A DNA stretch of 64,000 nucleotides from Octopus vulgaris (lineage: Eukaryota). The first letter of the stretch is position 1; each line of letters opens with the position of its first letter. Shown piece by piece: positions 25,493 through 39,160 of the stretch. The notes beneath the pieces are model-generated. The model saw only the letters and a program-made list of their open reading frames with translations, was not told where the DNA came from and ran no database searches. The stretch is taken from NCBI GenBank assembly GCA_951406725.2, contig OX597830.1:68572001-68636000 (forward strand), read 5' to 3'. The translations under genes and the position numbers were made by a program.

Positions 25493-26543
25493 ATGTATCA
25501 TCATCATCATCATCATTTAACGTCCGATATATATATACATGTATATAATACTGGGATTTTAACAACTGTTGTTCTTATAGAACTTACATATACCCGAGAA
25601 AGAATACTAGAACCATTTTACGACTGATTAGCAAAGTTATCTAATGTAGCTACCTGGCAAAGTAATCCGTGAAAAAGATCTCTTTTGAATTCTCTTGTCC
25701 AAGCAAGCAAGAAAAAGAAAAATTAATCCTACAAATGGATGAAAGATACTAAAAAATATATATATATTTACAGCTAAATATACAATATACCTCGTTTATG
25801 AGGTTTAATTAAATGTATATAGAGAGTAGATTGAATTATAAACAGTACCAAATTACTTTTTTATATTCTGACTTAATTTTCCTAATTTATGAGTATTGTA
25901 ATAATATTTAATGATTGTTCATGCAAAACATAGAATTACTCAGAATATGGGACTTGACTATACAGTGTAAAGGAATATACATTTTCATAGGACTTCCTAT
26001 GAAGTAATCCTACTTCCTAAAATTGACATCTTTGAAAGGTCACCAGTCCTTGTGAGAAAATGTGTTTATTAATAAATATGTTGATAGGTATACAATGGAA
26101 AGAAGAAAGAAAGGAGAAACAAAAAGAAAAGAGCTTTGTAATGTAATTTCGATGAATTGACCACATTAAATTAAAAAGAAACCTCCATCTATCTATATAT
26201 CTATCTACTTTAACTTCTATCTATGTATGTATGTATCTGTCTATCCTTTCCCCCTCCTATGTTATTATTCTTTCTTCTCTTTCTTGAGTTTCCTGAAACC
26301 ACTCTCTCTATCTATTTCTCCACCTCTTTGCTTTTCCCCAAAAAACAAACACAGTATTCTCCTTTTCTAAACAAAGCAAAACAAAAATCTAATTCATATA
26401 AATGAACAGCAAAATCTTCAGTTTTTACCATTTTTATTTTGATGTTGTTTTGATGAGCTAGAAAAACGAACAAAAGCACTAATAAAGGATTATCCAAAAT
26501 TCCTACTGTCCCCTTTTCTCTAAACATATGAGTGTATGTATAT

Positions 26544-26598
<55 letters not shown>

Positions 26599-26794
26599 TA
26601 GGGGAATGAATTATACTATTTTTATCGTCCGCATGGAAAATTCGTTAAACCGAAACCTGGGTAGCAAATTTCCGTCAGAAAACACGGTTGAAGCGACCTG
26701 TCAAGAGTAGAAACTCCGGGTTCATGTGTAGAAATTCGTGTGTTGTATATGAATAAATGAAAGAATGGAGTCGAACGAAGATGTTAACAAAATT

Positions 26795-26888
26795 CCTTTA
26801 CTCTCGACACATATTTCGAAGACAGCATATTTTCATTCCAAAGGAATAAAGGGTGCATTATGCAATCTTCTCATCAGGAAAGAAAGGG
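26795..26888 (-). ncRNA. Type I hammerhead ribozyme, intact core
   Basis: Minus strand: CUUUC-CUGAUGA-GAAGAUUGCAUA...UAUGCUGUCUUC-GAAA-UAUGU-GUC-GAGAG. Confidence 0.87.
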
Positions 26889-27383
26889 AGCCTCTCTCGA
26901 CAACAAGACAAACAAAAATTTCGATGATTGCCTACATGGTAAACAAAGCGATAATGAGTGTTTTTTAAAAAACTGTTAGAAGAATTGACGTCAAACAATA
27001 GATAGTAGGAAGAGAAGGGATAAAGTAGTGATAGTTAGGGAACAGTATGTTTGCTGTATGCATGGAAATGTGTGGGTGTGTGCTTGTGTTAATGAGTGTG
27101 TGTGTTTGTGTGTGTGTATATGTGTGTGTATAACTGCATTTGTGTCTGTGTGTGTGATTGTGTGTGTGAGAGAGAGAGAGACAGACGTCAAAGATAGATA
27201 GTAGGAAGAGAAGGTATAAATGAATAATATGTAGGGAACAATTGGAGAGGGAAGGGTACATTGATTGAAAGAATGTTCGAAGGCTTAGGAAAGAATTTCT
27301 CTATAGCAGTGGGGTGGACGTAAAGCTAATTGTTCAAACCACAGTGACTATCGTTATCATTTATATGAGTAGAAAGTGTGTTT

Positions 27384-28290
27384 CTACCAATGTTTACATT
27401 TGAACGATTTTTCTATGAGTGTGTTTACTAGGGGAACCTTAGAGAAAATAATATGGAAGAGTTCAGATTTACAAATGTTACAAAATCTCCTGCCCTTATC
27501 AAAAGGAAAGGATACAGACAGTATGAACCAATCTAACTTGAAAATTATATTGTCTTTGAGACGCCAAACTAATTTACTTAGCCCTGTGCTATGTCGTTTT
27601 TTACTATCCCTGAATGTTGAGTAGTGGTTTGAAATTCTTTTGGATAACTGGGAGGTGGACGCTCCTATATAGAAGAAGACATCGGTACCGGAAGAAATTC
27701 TACACTGGTAAATAGAATTCTTAATCTTAGAATTACTAGACAAAAATTTAATTCTGTTGGGGTTGTCCTCCGAGATCGAGACGAAGTTTTTATTGTTATG
27801 ATTGTTGTTACCATTATTATTAGCGCTAACAGCTACACTATTTCTATTATTATTAGTATTATTAATGGCATTACAACCAGTAATACCACCGACAATAATA
27901 CCGTTATTGTTGTTACATTCAACACTACCATTGTTATTAACACGACTAATACTATTATTAATATTATCATTGTTAACACTTTCGCTGCTACTAATGCTGC
28001 TACTATTAATACTATTCCTATTATTATGATTGTATAATGGGTTGGAATTGGCAAGATTAGTGTTGGAACTCCCGGGTGAAGAATCTTTGTTTAACAGCTT
28101 GTTATTGTGGGAAGATATAATTTGTGAAAGTTTCCTAGTGTTAGAGAAAGCTATTCTGACCTTGTGGGAATTGATAATAGAATGATATCTAGAATTTCTG
28201 GGAAAGTTCCTAGCAACGGCTTCACGGAACTGTAAGGGAAGGTTCGATTTAATTTGTTTTCCGAAAGGTATTACAAACCAGATAAATATA
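27384..28290 (-). pseudogene. GIY-YIG endonuclease region of a Penelope-like ORF with an Asn/Ser-rich insert
   Basis: About 300 open codons; TAG where the paralog at 48267-48806 has CAG; 5' end abuts (TA)n. Confidence 0.8.
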
Positions 28291-28529
28291 TAATATATAT
28301 ATATATATTTATAAATGATTGCCATCTGTTCGTGACCAAGGAAGATCATTGTTGACCTTCAGGAACATTGTGCGCTCTAGGACAAACTTTTATTTTGCAT
28401 TTACAGTTCGTTGGTGGCACAAGAGCCTTGCTCTTGTAAGTATATATGACTGCAAACATTGCAAACCAACCTTTCCGCATTCACTACGCTAGCAATACGC
28501 TTTTGAGCAGCGTGTTTAAATTCTTCATG

Positions 28530-28741
28530 AAGAATACGTACCCTTTCTAAAGAGAGGTTATATGGAGAACTTGTTAGTGGAAAGAGACCCTGACAGAAAC
28601 TAAGGCTGCGATTTAAGGACTCTGTCAAGTCCTCATTAAAGGCTTGTGATATGCAGGAGACCAACTGGGTGAGCAATGCCTGTCATCGCCACAGATGGAG
28701 GAGACAGGTTAAGGAGGGTGTCGATACCTTTGATAGAGCAC

Positions 28742-28745
<4 letters not shown>
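28530..28745 (+). mobile_element. RTE-clade LINE C-terminal fragment (second family)
   Basis: LYGELVSGKRP..RFKDSVKSSLK..W. Confidence 0.7.
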
Positions 28746-28786
<41 letters not shown>

Positions 28787-28787
<1 letters not shown>

Positions 28788-30056
28788 GAGGGGCGTTCAA
28801 TAAGTAATGCCCCTGACCCACTTCCCATAGCAGTAGAGCAACGACACTTGGCACAGTTATTAGTCTTTTCCTACATAGGAACTACCCAGAGTTATACATT
28901 TCTCCCATCGTTTGATACAGCTCTGGAGACCGTTTTTGTAAAAAACCCAGCTTGGTCCTCCAGCCACGACGTGACTTCAGAAATCAAGGCTGAATCATCT
29001 AGGAAACGCTTTCCTTTCAAAATCAACTTCATGGCTGGGAAGAGGTGAAAATCAGAGGGTGCAAGGGGAGGAGTTCATAGCTGCATGCCTGTGCTTCTGA
29101 TCTGGCGACACGCGAGTTGTGGACCGGAGCGTTGTCCTGCAGGAGGAGGATGCCTTTGCTGATCTTGCCCCGCCTCTTGATTTTGATAGCTTCTCTTAAT
29201 TTCCTCAAAAGTGAAGCATAATAGGCTCCTGTAATTGTGGTACCCTTTGCCAGGAAATCTGTCATCACTACTCCGTCCTGGTCCCAGAAGACTGTGAGCA
29301 TAACCTTGTCAGCGGAGGGCTGCACCCTTGCCTTCTTTGGAGGAGGTGAGTCACGGTGCTTTCACTGCATTGACTGGGCTTTGGTCTATGGATCATAGTG
29401 ATGGACCCAGGTTTTATCCTGTGTGATCAGTCTTTTGAAAAATTTTGACTCATCTTCTTGGCACATCTCCAAATTCATCCTCGAGCACTCAACGCGTTCT
29501 TGCTTCTGGAAAGGTGTGAGCAACCTGGAAATCCATCTGGCAGACACCTTTTGCATATGCAAATGGTCATGAATGATAGTTTCCACAGACCCGGTACTAA
29601 TCTTGACCTTATGGGCTATTTGGCGAATAGTTATGCGTTGACCTTCCAAAATGGCAGCCTCAACTTGACGGACAGACATCTCATCAACGGCAGAAGGGGG
29701 CGACCAGATCTGGGAGCTGTTTCCACAGAGTTCCGACTATGTTTGAATTCACAATGCCAGCGTTTTACAAGGTCATATGATGGGGCATCATCACCATAAG
29801 TTACTTTCATTTCATCAAAAGTCTCCCGTGGTGTGCGTCCTTTCAAATACAAAAACCAGATCACTGCTCGACACTCAACAGGCTCCATTTCACACTTGAC
29901 TCAGTTCAAACACCTGTAAATCCAGAAACCACAATTAGTTCAGGGCTGTAATTCGCCACTTAATCTATAAAGGTATAAATAAGTGCACATGCAAAATTTC
30001 AGCTAGATCAAACAACTGCAAATGGGTCAGGGGCATTACTTATTGAACGCCCCCTC

Positions 30057-30057
<1 letters not shown>
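28787..30057 (-). mobile_element. Full-length mariner (irritans-like) with ~34-bp TIRs, inserted in (TA)n
   Basis: cgaggggcgttcaataagtaatgcccctgaccca and its inverse at both ends; transposase remnants inside. Confidence 0.95.
28860..29888 (-). pseudogene. Mariner transposase with frameshifts and stops
   Basis: RSGRP, KVSARWISRLL, ITQDKTWVHHYDP, KVMLTVFWD, LLQDNAPVH, RWEKC. Confidence 0.92.
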
Positions 30058-30119
<62 letters not shown>

Positions 30120-30598
30120 TGTATGTATGTATATATCAGATTAGAACAAGAACACATTTGGTACTTTTTAATTACATATCATCCGTGCTTCATTACAAGA
30201 TAAGAGTTACTAAGCTATACTTGTTGAAAATCTCTTATCTGTAATTCTTCTGATTAACATTAAGAAATAATACAAATTTACACTTTGTTATCTGTGTAGT
30301 GTGCTATGTTTTATATTTAATTAAGGTAATTTTCTGTCATTGAATTTACGTGGGGAAAGGGGCCGTTTGCCTGGCCTTCACCAGGCTTTCTGGGATTCAT
30401 AAGAATGAGACAATTAGCATTCCTCTATGCAGTGAGAGAATTTTAGAAAGCGAATGTTCTAGGAAGGGAAAGTGGGCGTAATGTTTATAGCAAGGCTTAA
30501 AAGGGACGTGAGATGTGTGACGGAAGAGGAGAAATGATCTAGAGGTGCCACAAGAGCACCTGACCCTGAGAAAAAAAGGCCACTGCAATAATGGTAGG

Positions 30599-30654
<56 letters not shown>

Positions 30655-31506
30655 TCTGCATGTCTCTGGATTAGACGTTCATTGAGTACCTTCTAGTTAA
30701 TCAGTCACGTGGATATTTTTTCATATGTTTCAGGATATCTGTGTCTGTAGCAACTATAACATCCCATATATGAGAATTACATATATTTTGGGTTTCACCT
30801 GAGCTTAATAGCAGGTTTTTGAAGTTGATGAGATGAAATATTCTTTGGTTCTGAAGTGGAAAACTAGTCTATTCAATATCAATTTTATTATGCAAAATAT
30901 TAGCACTAAGAGAGCTCTTGGTCAATTCAAAATTGTTGAATCTATCAATCAGTATGTACCAGCTTTCTTAAGATTGCTTTTGAAACTAGGAGTTGAGATA
31001 TATCAATATTATTCTGATGGAGCTCATTGCACCTTTGACAACTCATTGACAACTTTGACACTGCACTATTGTAGAAAAGGAGCCAACAAATATGGAGTTG
31101 TATTGGTGCAGAGGTTTGACATTTACAATACTGAACTCTGGCATCTCAGCAACCATCTTTCCTGTATCAGACTATCTAATAATTATATCCATTTCAACCA
31201 ATAATTTGTCTTTGTCACAGTTCAAAGAACTGTAATATTTTGTGTGTGTGTTGTGTGTGTACGTGTTTTATAAGTGACTGTATTTAATGCTCTCCAGTGT
31301 TGTTGGCAAAAAATGTGGGGTTGATAGATGTTGCTTTACTTTCAATCTATTTAGGGGCCATGTTTCTTACTAATTTAAGTAGAACTGTGTTAATTTGGCA
31401 GCACTGTCTGTAAAGTCCTGGGAAGATGTGAGTGTTTATGTTAGTGTGCATATGAAGTCGTATTGAGGTTGAATAGGAAGAGATTAAAAACTTGTAGGAG
31501 AGAATG

Positions 31507-31606
31507 NNNNNNNNNNNNNNNNNNNNNNNNNNNNNNNNNNNNNNNNNNNNNNNNNNNNNNNNNNNNNNNNNNNNNNNNNNNNNNNNNNNNNNNNNNNNNN
31601 NNNNNN
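31507..31606. other. Assembly gap (100 N)
   Basis: Run of n. Confidence 0.99.
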
Positions 31607-32749
31607 GTAAAACATCTCATGTCTATAATATATAGTAGTCTTTTCTTTAGTATTATGGTGTGATAAATAATAGGTGTTGAGTCAGACTTAGAATTGCTGG
31701 CTAAAATACATTAAAAATGTTAATATATACCCAAAACAAAGATAAATTTGAAAGTGACCTTTGAACTTAACTAGTGTTGGGTGTAAAATTCTATCAGCTG
31801 TAATGTCAATCTGTGGAAAGTCAACCAGTACAGAAGAATATCAAAGACAAAATGCAGAATGAAACACTTCCATTAAACTTCTATTTTAATGTTCTCCCTT
31901 ATTAAATATATTAATTCTTTCCATGAAAGTACAGTATTTCAAGAACAAAGTTTGTTTCATTTAATAACTTACAGTTTAAGTTCACATTTTAATAATAACC
32001 ATATCTACTTAATATCTTTATTGATATCAGTAGGGAACAAACTTTTCATTGAGTTAGATGTGATTACTTGTTTATGACTAAACTTTTGACCTCTGAATCT
32101 AATAAATGGGCCCAGGTTCTTTGTATCACATCAACATTTTGAGCATAGGATATCCTCACTTTTTCTGAAAAACCATAAAATTACCTCACGTAACAAATTT
32201 ATGCTTATATTATAGAATGTTTTAAAACTTTAAAAACGATAGGAAATAATAAAACTTGCTTGACTGTAAAGATCATACTAATTTATTTTGTTCACACAAA
32301 GGACTATAAGTCAATTTTTATGTGCAAATAGTTAAGGTAAAAATTTACACTTATAACTTTTCCTAGAATGTTCAATCTGTGGAACAATTTCACTTTATGC
32401 TTCATCATATTCACATCCCATCTACCCTGATACCATTCCTCCATAACCTTCCCTTTATGTCAACAAGTGGCTCACATATACTGGGTACACCAGGTTTAAG
32501 GTGAGATTTTGGAGGCCGATTGCTTTCTACCTAATGCTTTGCTCAAGCTCCACTGTCCAACTTTCACAGAAAGCAGGGATACTTGGTGTATCTGCATTGC
32601 TGACCATGAAGCAAGTATACCATTTTAAGGTCAACACAAAGATAGTGACTATCTTTATGTTTCCATATTTTTCACAAAACCATTCTAAATACCTGAATGG
32701 GACTGCACACACTTTAAATTCTGCTTTGAGCTATTAATGAACAGTCTCA

Positions 32750-34200
32750 TTCAGTTGAGTTGTAGATCTGAATCCCTAATTCCTCCAGTGAACTCTTTGA
32801 AATATTTATAAATGTCTCTCTTGAAAAAGTCTGAAAACTTTTGAAATGCACCTTGTACCACATGCACTTTTTTGTGAGATGCAACTGTCACACCGCAAGG
32901 TGGGCTGACTGCTTCACCGACCATATATGGATATATACCACATATATGCACTTAGTTTGTGAAATGAAAATGCAAGAAAGCCAACAGAACTGCACCAGAA
33001 TAACTGAATATCAACAATCAAAGAAAACCTGGAAACACAGGAAGTAATGACAGTGAATATGAGCAACCAATTAAAATTGTTACCTTACACTGCACCATCT
33101 GATGCCTGATAGGTGCAGCTGCAGAGTGAATCTGCAGAGCAGCTGCTGCTTCATTCAATTTCTCCAAATATATGCTGATTGGCAAATGTAAAACTGCTGC
33201 TAACAGAAAGATGAAGGCACCACTAATCAGTTTTCAATGCATGGGATACACAGCTTACTACCAGCTTCACTCAAAGACAGAAAATCTTTACTTCAATAGG
33301 AATTGCAGCATCTGCTGGTGGGATAAGAAGCTGGATGAAATTCATACCGTTACTGATTTTCAAAATGTGGACTTCAGTATGAAAGAAGAGTACAGTCTCC
33401 TGAAAGATGGTAACACACCAATGGGGAGTAAGGCTATCTACACCAAGAAACATGGTATCATAAAGTGCAAGTGGCAACATTTTAGAAAGCTATTAAACTG
33501 TTCCTGAAGAATTTTTTGCGAGGCTCTGGAGTGTCTCCTTGAAATTTTCTAAATTACTAGCCTGGACCTACTGACAAATGTAGAGCAATATAATTTTCAC
33601 CTTGTCTGAAATTTGAGTAAAATTAATAGAATAACAGGTCTCACTTCTTGTCATATTTCTTAAATTTATAAAGGTTTTCAACAGTGTAGAGAAGAAGGGC
33701 TTATAAACCATTCTCAAAAGATATGGTTGTACAGATATATTTGTGGAGATATTCAAGTGGGTTCATAATAGTATGTTTTCCACATTCTCTCTTGGGAGTT
33801 CATCACACTTTCCAGTCACCCATAGTGTAAAGTAAGGCTATGTACTCACTCCAACATTGTTATTCATTATTTTTGGTGCTGTACTTGAAAGAATGGCAAA
33901 CAGACTAACTGGCAGAGTGTATCTCCACACAAGAGTAGATATGTTACTGCTGGAGTTATCCAGATTAAAATCTGATATAGTTTGTAACTGTGATGGGCAT
34001 AATCTGCTCCAATTAGTGAAATTGGAGGAGATTTTCCAGGTATTATAGTCTATATTGTTTGAATGTGCTGCAGCACTTGGATGATTTCAGGTTATGGGCT
34101 TTGGTTGCATCAGTGATGTGAAGAGACTTGCTCAATGGGATGGTTTTAGTTACCTGCTTTTCTGTTGGAGATGGTTTTCATGTTGCAGTTGTATATTTTA
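32750..34200 (-). mobile_element. Very degenerate LINE remnant
   Basis: Scattered APE/RT-like words (YAP, PGKSP) on the minus strand; weak. Confidence 0.35.
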
Positions 34201-34869
34201 TGATTAGAAGATTTAAATTTTAAAAATAATTAAAATTTATTATTAATTAGTAATACAAATGATACTAATTTTAATCTAGATGTTGTTCCGGGCCTCATGG
34301 AAACTGTGGGATCAGAAAATGTATGATGTTCTATAATACTCCTGTCATAAAGTTTTGGATCAGTTTGGTATGTACCTACATGTAAATATTTAAAATGTTT
34401 CTTTGTGAGAGTAAATGTTCCTTTCAAATTAATTTTTAGAGAGAAGAAAACATTTCCTTTTTTAAAACAAATTTTACTAAGGTGCTTGATTTCTTCTTCT
34501 AGTTTCTCACTTCTTGTGATTAACACTTTTAAAACTAGATGAACTAGGTTTCACATGAGGACCTAATATTTTGAGCAGTTATTTCAAATATTAAACTTCA
34601 GTGAAATATTAGCATATTCAAATAAGTTAATTTGTATTTAATATTTGATAAAAGTAGTTGAGAATCAAACACAATACTTTGAGGTATTTAGTTCCAGCCT
34701 TTCTTGGTTCTAAATTCAGATTTTCCTGAGATTAACTTCGCTCTTCATCCATCTGGGTCCGAAAAATAAGGTATCAATTAAATGCCAGTTTTGATTTTAA
34801 TGATTACACTATCTTCTAAAATTTGATCCTTGGTTCCTCAGTTAGAAATTAATATTACTTAATTGTCTA

Positions 34870-35085
34870 AGGTAGTGAATCTACAAAATCATTACTGCAC
34901 CAGGTAAAATTCTTAGCACTATTTCTTCCAGCTTTACTTTCCAAGTTCAGATTCAACTGGGGTTGACTTTATATTTAATCCTTTTGAGGTTGATAAAATG
35001 AGTACCAATCAAGGTCAATCGATGTAATCAGCTTACCCATCCCTAAAATTGCTGGCCTTGTGCCAAAACTTGAAGTTATTATTAT
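34870..35085 (+). mobile_element. Degenerate SINE, family B (TTA tail)
   Basis: Reverse-complement similarity to 59700-59922. Confidence 0.6.
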
Positions 35086-36160
35086 TTCACTGTCTTAGTT
35101 AAAGATTAAAAAATTTGAATTGCTATTTTGATAATTCTGTTTTTGTAGCATTTTAATGCCTGGAAGTTTAGAAACACAGCCTCTGTTCCTTCCTGGGTTC
35201 CGTTCCTCTCATATACTAAACTCCATCTTTCACTTCTCCTCATAAGAAGTTAACAGCTCCTTTTTAGGTTTCAACAAAGAATATTCCAGTTGTTTGTCAT
35301 CTCATTAATTTGTATCCTCATTAGCAAATATGAACCTAAAAAAAAACAATATATAAGTTCCCTCTCTCTCATTTTCTCTCTCTCTCTCTCTCTGTCTCTG
35401 TAAAGAGAGAGAAGAGTATGAAATGTTAAAACTTTTTTCTTCTTCAAGACATAAAATTTACTCACCCTGCTTTGGCCACTCGGATGCTACGGTAGCAGAT
35501 ACTTGCCCAAGATGCTATGCTGTAGATTTGAACCTACAGCATAAAGATTTTAAAACAACCTTCTTAAGAACACAACTATGTCTGTGTGGATAGGAAGTAC
35601 ACACTTGGAAATATTCATGTAACTATTGATATAGGCACACACATATGTACTGATACATATACACACATATTACGTACACAGAGTCACTCATGCATATACA
35701 GATACTCGTCCCACATGCTTACACCCACAACTGCACACACATATACATATGCATAAATATACTGAAACACATAACCACAAATACATATTCACACATACAC
35801 ACATACACAGTATTGTGATGACATGCAGACACCCATACACTTATACTCATACATATAAAAGAATGCATACCCATTCATACACATGCATGCATATGATTTA
35901 TTGCACAACTATACATGCACATATTCACATTTACACATGCTCAAAGCATAGATTTTGACAATTTTACTTACACCCTTCTAGTTTATTGTTTACATTTAAA
36001 CACAGCAGATATAAAAAGAACACATGAGAGAAAATAAAAATGGGTTTTCAGTTTTTAATCTTCTCTCATGTGTTCCCTTTGTTTGAATATAATGAAGTAC
36101 TTGTCACCAAATCCTTGCGACAATAAATATAATTTTCCTCAAATTCTTTTTCTCTTTCAG

Positions 36161-36289
36161 ATATTTTACGTAATTTTCCTTGGCATCTACAGCTATGTGT
36201 TACTTGTTGAGCTGAAACAGCAGATGTCTGTTCTAGAATGGCTTCTTATTGTGTGGGTGATTGGAATATTTACAGAAGAAATACACCAG
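36161..36289 (+). CDS. TRPM: TRPM exon S1-S2: IFYVIFLGIYSYVLLVELKQQMSVLEWLLIVWVIGIFTEEIHQ
   Basis: Long polypyrimidine tract plus cag, gtaaat donor, 129 nt, phase 0-0; two hydrophobic helices and EExxQ motif. Confidence 0.94.
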
Positions 36290-37529
36290 GTAAATATAGT
36301 CTCAAAATTATTTCATCAAAACCACTTTTGTCCTCTTTGGATTCAATGTTTAACAAATTAGAAGTTTACAGCTTAGGGCAGTCTGCTGGAAGCAGACCAA
36401 CGAAGAGCTTGAAATAAGGATCTGAAAATAACAAGATTTACAGATGAGGTAAGATTGTATTGTGACATGTAGCGAGAAATGCTTGTGCACAAGTGACTAT
36501 ACTCCATGGTAGTGATGCATGAGCTCTAGATGCAGAAGACATGCATTTCCAAGCAAAAATAAGAGGTCTGCAGCACATTAGGAGGTCAGAGTACTTGATT
36601 CCATGCAAAAAAATCTGAGTTTATCTTTTTTATTAGTGAAAATCATGTGAGTGTACATCCAATGGGGGTGGAGTGGGGGGAGGTGAAACTTCCGAGGGAT
36701 CCACCCCCACCCAACTCTGTTTCCCTGACCAAAAAAGGTTTTATGGCATATTAGGAGGTCACCATAATTCATTCAATGGAAAAAAAAAAATTTCAAATGA
36801 TTTCAGGATGGGGGAGAGGTTCAGTTTCTCACCCGCCCTTTTTCCCAAACAAAAATAAGGGGTTTCCGAAACATTAGGAGATCAGGGTTTCTGATTCCAC
36901 ACAAAAAATCCAAGGTTTTTTTTCCTAAATGAAAGCCGTATGGGTGTACTTTACCGATATTTGTTTTACTCTATAACTGTGCAGTAACAATAAACATAAG
37001 ACAAAGCAGGGTAGCAACAACGTAACAATCCAACAAACTCATGAACTATACATGAACCAACCAACAATATTCCAACAAATTATCCAAATAATACCTTATG
37101 ATTTCACGGTGATTAATGCCTACTATCTCTCTCTCTTTCAGACCACTACTATTTAAAGTTGTTGAATCAAATCTATTTATACAGGGGGTGTCTCTCCACA
37201 TCTTCCCTTTGAGATTTCGACTTCTGTAAGAAACAAAATTTGGAATATTTTTTCTCTCCAACACCTCACCCTTTTTGTGATTTTGATTCCCTAGAGAGTT
37301 CATCACCTTTTCCATTTAGAAATTATTTGTAAATTTTCAGTCTATTTTTGCTTTCTGTTACTGCTCCTTCTAGCCTCAAACTCTTTCAGTGCTGGCACAT
37401 CGAACATGTCATAAAACACTTCCATTGGAATTTCCTTTCTTTCTTCTGTATGTTTGGTTTCTATTTGATTTAGGTTATACTTATGCTCTCATCATTGACT
37501 TTTTATTAAATGCATCATGTTTCTTGTAT

Positions 37530-39160
37530 ATCCATTTCTGTTGTGCAGTTGGACGTCTTTTGGCCTGTATATATCACTCTAGTTCGACCCATCCTCAAAT
37601 ATTGCATCCATACCTCAAACCCATATCTCCAGAGAGACATTCAGCACTTTGAACAAGTTCAGCACTTGGCCACCCGAAAGGGCGCGGGCTTGTCTAAGCT
37701 TGCGTAAGAGGAACATCTCCAACGGCTGGCATTGCCTTCACTCAAACGATGGAGGATGCAGGGAGATCTCATCCGACTTTCAACATGGAATGGATAGTCA
37801 GAGGGAAACTAATCACATTCCTTGAGGAAAATAACTTGCTGAGTGATACCCAGCATGACTTTCAACCAGGTAAGAGCTGCCAGACCTGGCTCTTACAACA
37901 TTATGACTGGTGTTGAGGCAGTTACTCAACAACTCAAATGTGGATGTAATATACCTTGCTTTTGCAAAAGCTTTTGACAAAGTGGACCATGGTATGATAT
38001 GCTACAAACTGCATGATCTTGACATAGCTGGAAAACCTGGAGAGTGGTTACATGACTTTCTGAAAGATAGAAGTCAAGCAGTATTGGCCAATGGAGCCAC
38101 CGCAATGAAAACACAAATACTGAGTGGTGTTCCACAGGGCACTGTCTTGGGACCACTGCATTTCATAGTGGCCTTCTCAGATATGCCCTCAACTGCCCGG
38201 ATAGTCACCCTTGCTAGCTATGCAGTTGATATGAATCTCTCGCAGAAAATACAGAACTCCAGCAATGTTGCACATCTGCAGCAGAAGTTGAACTTAATTT
38301 ACAGATGGGCTGAAGATAATAATATGCAGTTCAATGCTGAAAAATTCCAAGCCCTGCACTACTAGCATCCAAAACTGAATATAAAACTTACAGGGTACAT
38401 TGGTCCACAGGGAATTACAATCCCAGAGCCTAAATCAGTGAGGGACCTGGGTATCGACATGAGTGATGATACCCTTTTTCAAGTGCACATTACCAGAATG
38501 GTGACAAAGTACAGACGACTGGATGGCTGGATCTTGAGAATATTCAGAACAAGAGATAAGGAAACCATGATGGTCCTCTAGAGGACATTTGGCCTCAGCT
38601 GCCCGGATTACTGCTCACAGCTATGGTCACCCAACCATGTAAAAATTAACAGCGGACCTTGAAGCTTCACATAGAAGATCATATTTTTGCAACAGCTCAG
38701 CTACTGGGAAAGGCTGAAATAGCTAAAACTCTACTCACTGGAGCAGAGGCAGGAGACGTATGCAGTAATTTACATCTGGGAGATCCTGGAAGGAATTGTG
38801 CCAAATTTTGGCATTTGAAAGCTACACTAATGCCAGAATGGGTCGACACTGCATAGTGCCAAAGATTCCAGCAATGTCATCACGCTCCAGGACCAGTTAC
38901 TGCAACAGCCTGGGTTTCAGGGGCTCACAGCTTTTTAATATTCTCCCAACGAGCCTGAGGAACCTGCACAAAGTAGATGTAGGCGTTTTTAAATCAAGGT
39001 TGAACCTCTTCCTGTTGAGAGTCCCAGACGAACTACCTTACAGTAAGAGGTGCAAATGAGGATAGCTACATCAAACTCCATTCTTCACCAAGTGCTACAT
39101 ATTAGAGGAGGCTCAGTACTGTATCATGGCCACAGCTCTGAGCTGAAACTACAAAAAAAA
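37530..39160 (+). mobile_element. CR1-type LINE 3' portions (two adjoining fragments)
   Basis: TLVRPILKYC; DVIYLAFAKAFDKVDH, SGVPQGTVLGP, YAVD (degenerate YADD), VRDLG. Confidence 0.88.

Larger units (their letters stand above)
26746..28292 (-). mobile_element. Penelope-like element (linker, GIY-YIG, hammerhead-bearing 3' region); no RT present
   Basis: IWFVIPF..IINSHKVRIAFS..SIYQC..FYIG..STGLSKLVW..CNICKSE..CKHW; 3' terminus shared with 25113 and 47830 copies. Confidence 0.85.

Noticed and set aside
27798-28054. Hydrophobic ORFs on alternative frames
   Set aside because: Shadow frames of the AAT-rich linker
27380-28290. Possible selenocysteine recoding as in Naiad elements
   Set aside because: No in-frame TGA at Cys positions; the terminal stop is TAG corresponding to CAG in the paralog
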